A DNA stretch of 64,000 nt, from contig OZ025764.1 in assembly GCA_964019335.1 (NCBI GenBank), positions 1 through 64,000 on the forward strand. The letters run 5' to 3'. The translations under genes were made by a program, and so were the position numbers. A model generated the notes under the pieces. It saw only the letters and a program-made list of their open reading frames with translations, was not told where the DNA came from and ran no database searches. Shown in pieces: positions 63,092-64,000 of the stretch. Each line of letters begins with the position of its first letter. Position 1 is the first letter of the stretch. The DNA is from Diplonema japonicum (Eukaryota > Protista > Euglenozoa: Diplonemea).

Positions 63092-64000
63092 TCACAACAT
63101 CGAAGTGAAATTGTAAGTTCCACTCCCGATGTCATGAGTGATGCCACCAGGAAGTACCACAACAGCAGCCATGTTGGGAGGGATGGTGACTGTCAAGGTG
63201 AAGATGGAGGTAGAGGAAGAGAGCTGCCAGGAGACTCCCACAGGGCCACGGACCGTTGGGATACGGGCAGAGAGGGACTCGACTGCACGGGGCGGACGGG
63301 GGCGGATGAGGACCCTCGACATGCCACGGGCGGAGGGGTGCGGTGCGAAGCCCACCAAGCTCTGCTGCATCCAAGTCTCGAACGACCCGAACATCGGGTG
63401 GTTGTGAGAGTACACGTTGTCGGAGAAGAACCACGACTCCCATATGGTCGTCGCGTTGCTGTACTCGTTCTCCCGCATCCACAACACAGACGGGTAGCTC
63501 CCTGTCGTCGCCACCTCGTACGCCAGGTCCTCGTATCCTGTCTCGCTCAACACCTGCAGAACCCACTTGATCCCGAACATCCCAGACAGAAGGTGTGGCC
63601 CCGGACCTCCCTTCACAGGGCCCTGCCCTGTGCCAGGTACATAGGACGCCTTCTTGATGTTTTCCACGAGGTTGTTCAGAACAGCCTCGCGCCGGCCTTC
63701 AGGTGTGACCTGCATGAACAATCCCATCGCCTGTCCTGTTTGCGTGCAGTTGAAGGTCGCTGCCCTGAGCTTCTCTGTGTGGTACGGCGACGTCTGCGGG
63801 CCGTTCCCGTAACACCCGGAAGGGTCGAGGAACTTGTCGTTGATCGCTTGCACGAGCTGCGCTGCCTTGTTCTCGTACTTCGTCTGCACGCTGTGGTGCC
63901 CCAAGATCCCTGATATGTTGGCGTAGGCCCTGTACGACATCAGTTGGAAGCCGCGCCCTGTGAAGTCGGTCCCAGTGGGCTCGACAGGCATCCAGTCCCC
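63092..64000 (-). CDS. GH78 alpha-L-rhamnosidase-like protein, 3' part (runs off the window)
   Basis: GDW at the window edge, ATTIWESW, SHNHPMFGS, PTVRGPVGVSW, VTIPPN. Confidence 0.9.
   Translation of the reverse strand, partial: GDWMPVEPTGTDFTGRGFQLMSYRAYANISGILGHHSVQTKYENKAAQLVQAINDKFLDPSGCYGNGPQTSPYHTEKLRAATFNCTQTGQAMGLFMQVTPEGRREAVLNNLVENIKKASYVPGTGQGPVKGGPGPHLLSGMFGIKWVLQVLSETGYEDLAYEVATTGSYPSVLWMRENEYSNATTIWESWFFSDNVYSHNHPMFGSFETWMQQSLVGFAPHPSARGMSRVLIRPRPPRAVESLSARIPTVRGPVGVSWQLSSSTSIFTLTVTIPPNMAAVVVLPGGITHDIGSGTYNFTSML

Larger units (their letters stand above)
3191..64000 (-). other. Directional (polycistronic-type) gene cluster: 17 co-oriented, apparently intronless CDSs
   Basis: Every long, compositionally coding ORF is on the - strand; spacers as short as ~125 bp (48210-48333, 49447-49573); sense-strand poly(T)..AG tracts between genes; SL relic present. 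Confidence 0.8.

Noticed and set aside
3191-64000. Non-standard genetic code
   Set aside because: TAA, TAG and TGA all end genes at plausible positions, and long ORFs need no read-through.

Overview
Eukaryotic nuclear DNA from a euglenozoan, very likely a diplonemid. A 37-nt relic of a diplonemid-type spliced leader (SL) lies at 8578-8614 (- strand), and all 17 credible CDSs are apparently intronless and on the - strand, like a polycistronic directional gene cluster. Genes, in order: receptor pseudo-cyclase paralog 1, secreted LVIVD beta-propeller, Patched-related/SSD transporter, a tandem ubiquitin-like ORF overlapping a 2OG-Fe(II) dioxygenase (probable frameshifted fusion), NO VEIN/sacsin-like ATPase-DUF3883, secreted GH116 with two PAN/Apple modules, receptor pseudo-cyclase paralog 2, small secreted protein, ShK-LRR multi-TM receptor, PLAT-like protein, hypothetical protein, ankyrin protein, membrane adenylate cyclase, two tandem CAP-mucin-TM genes and the 3' part of a GH78 rhamnosidase. 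Intergenic DNA is dominated by homopolymers and by five co-oriented short repeat modules (A-E) whose copies differ by microhomology-bounded deletions; one copy carries the SL at its 5' end, suggesting trans-spliced, re-inserted elements. Also present: a tRNA-headed SINE, Crypton-like remnants with hairpins, two TA-flanked MITEs and two LINE C-terminal fragments. All family assignments come from motif recognition by eye; no searches were run, and repeat coordinates are approximate.
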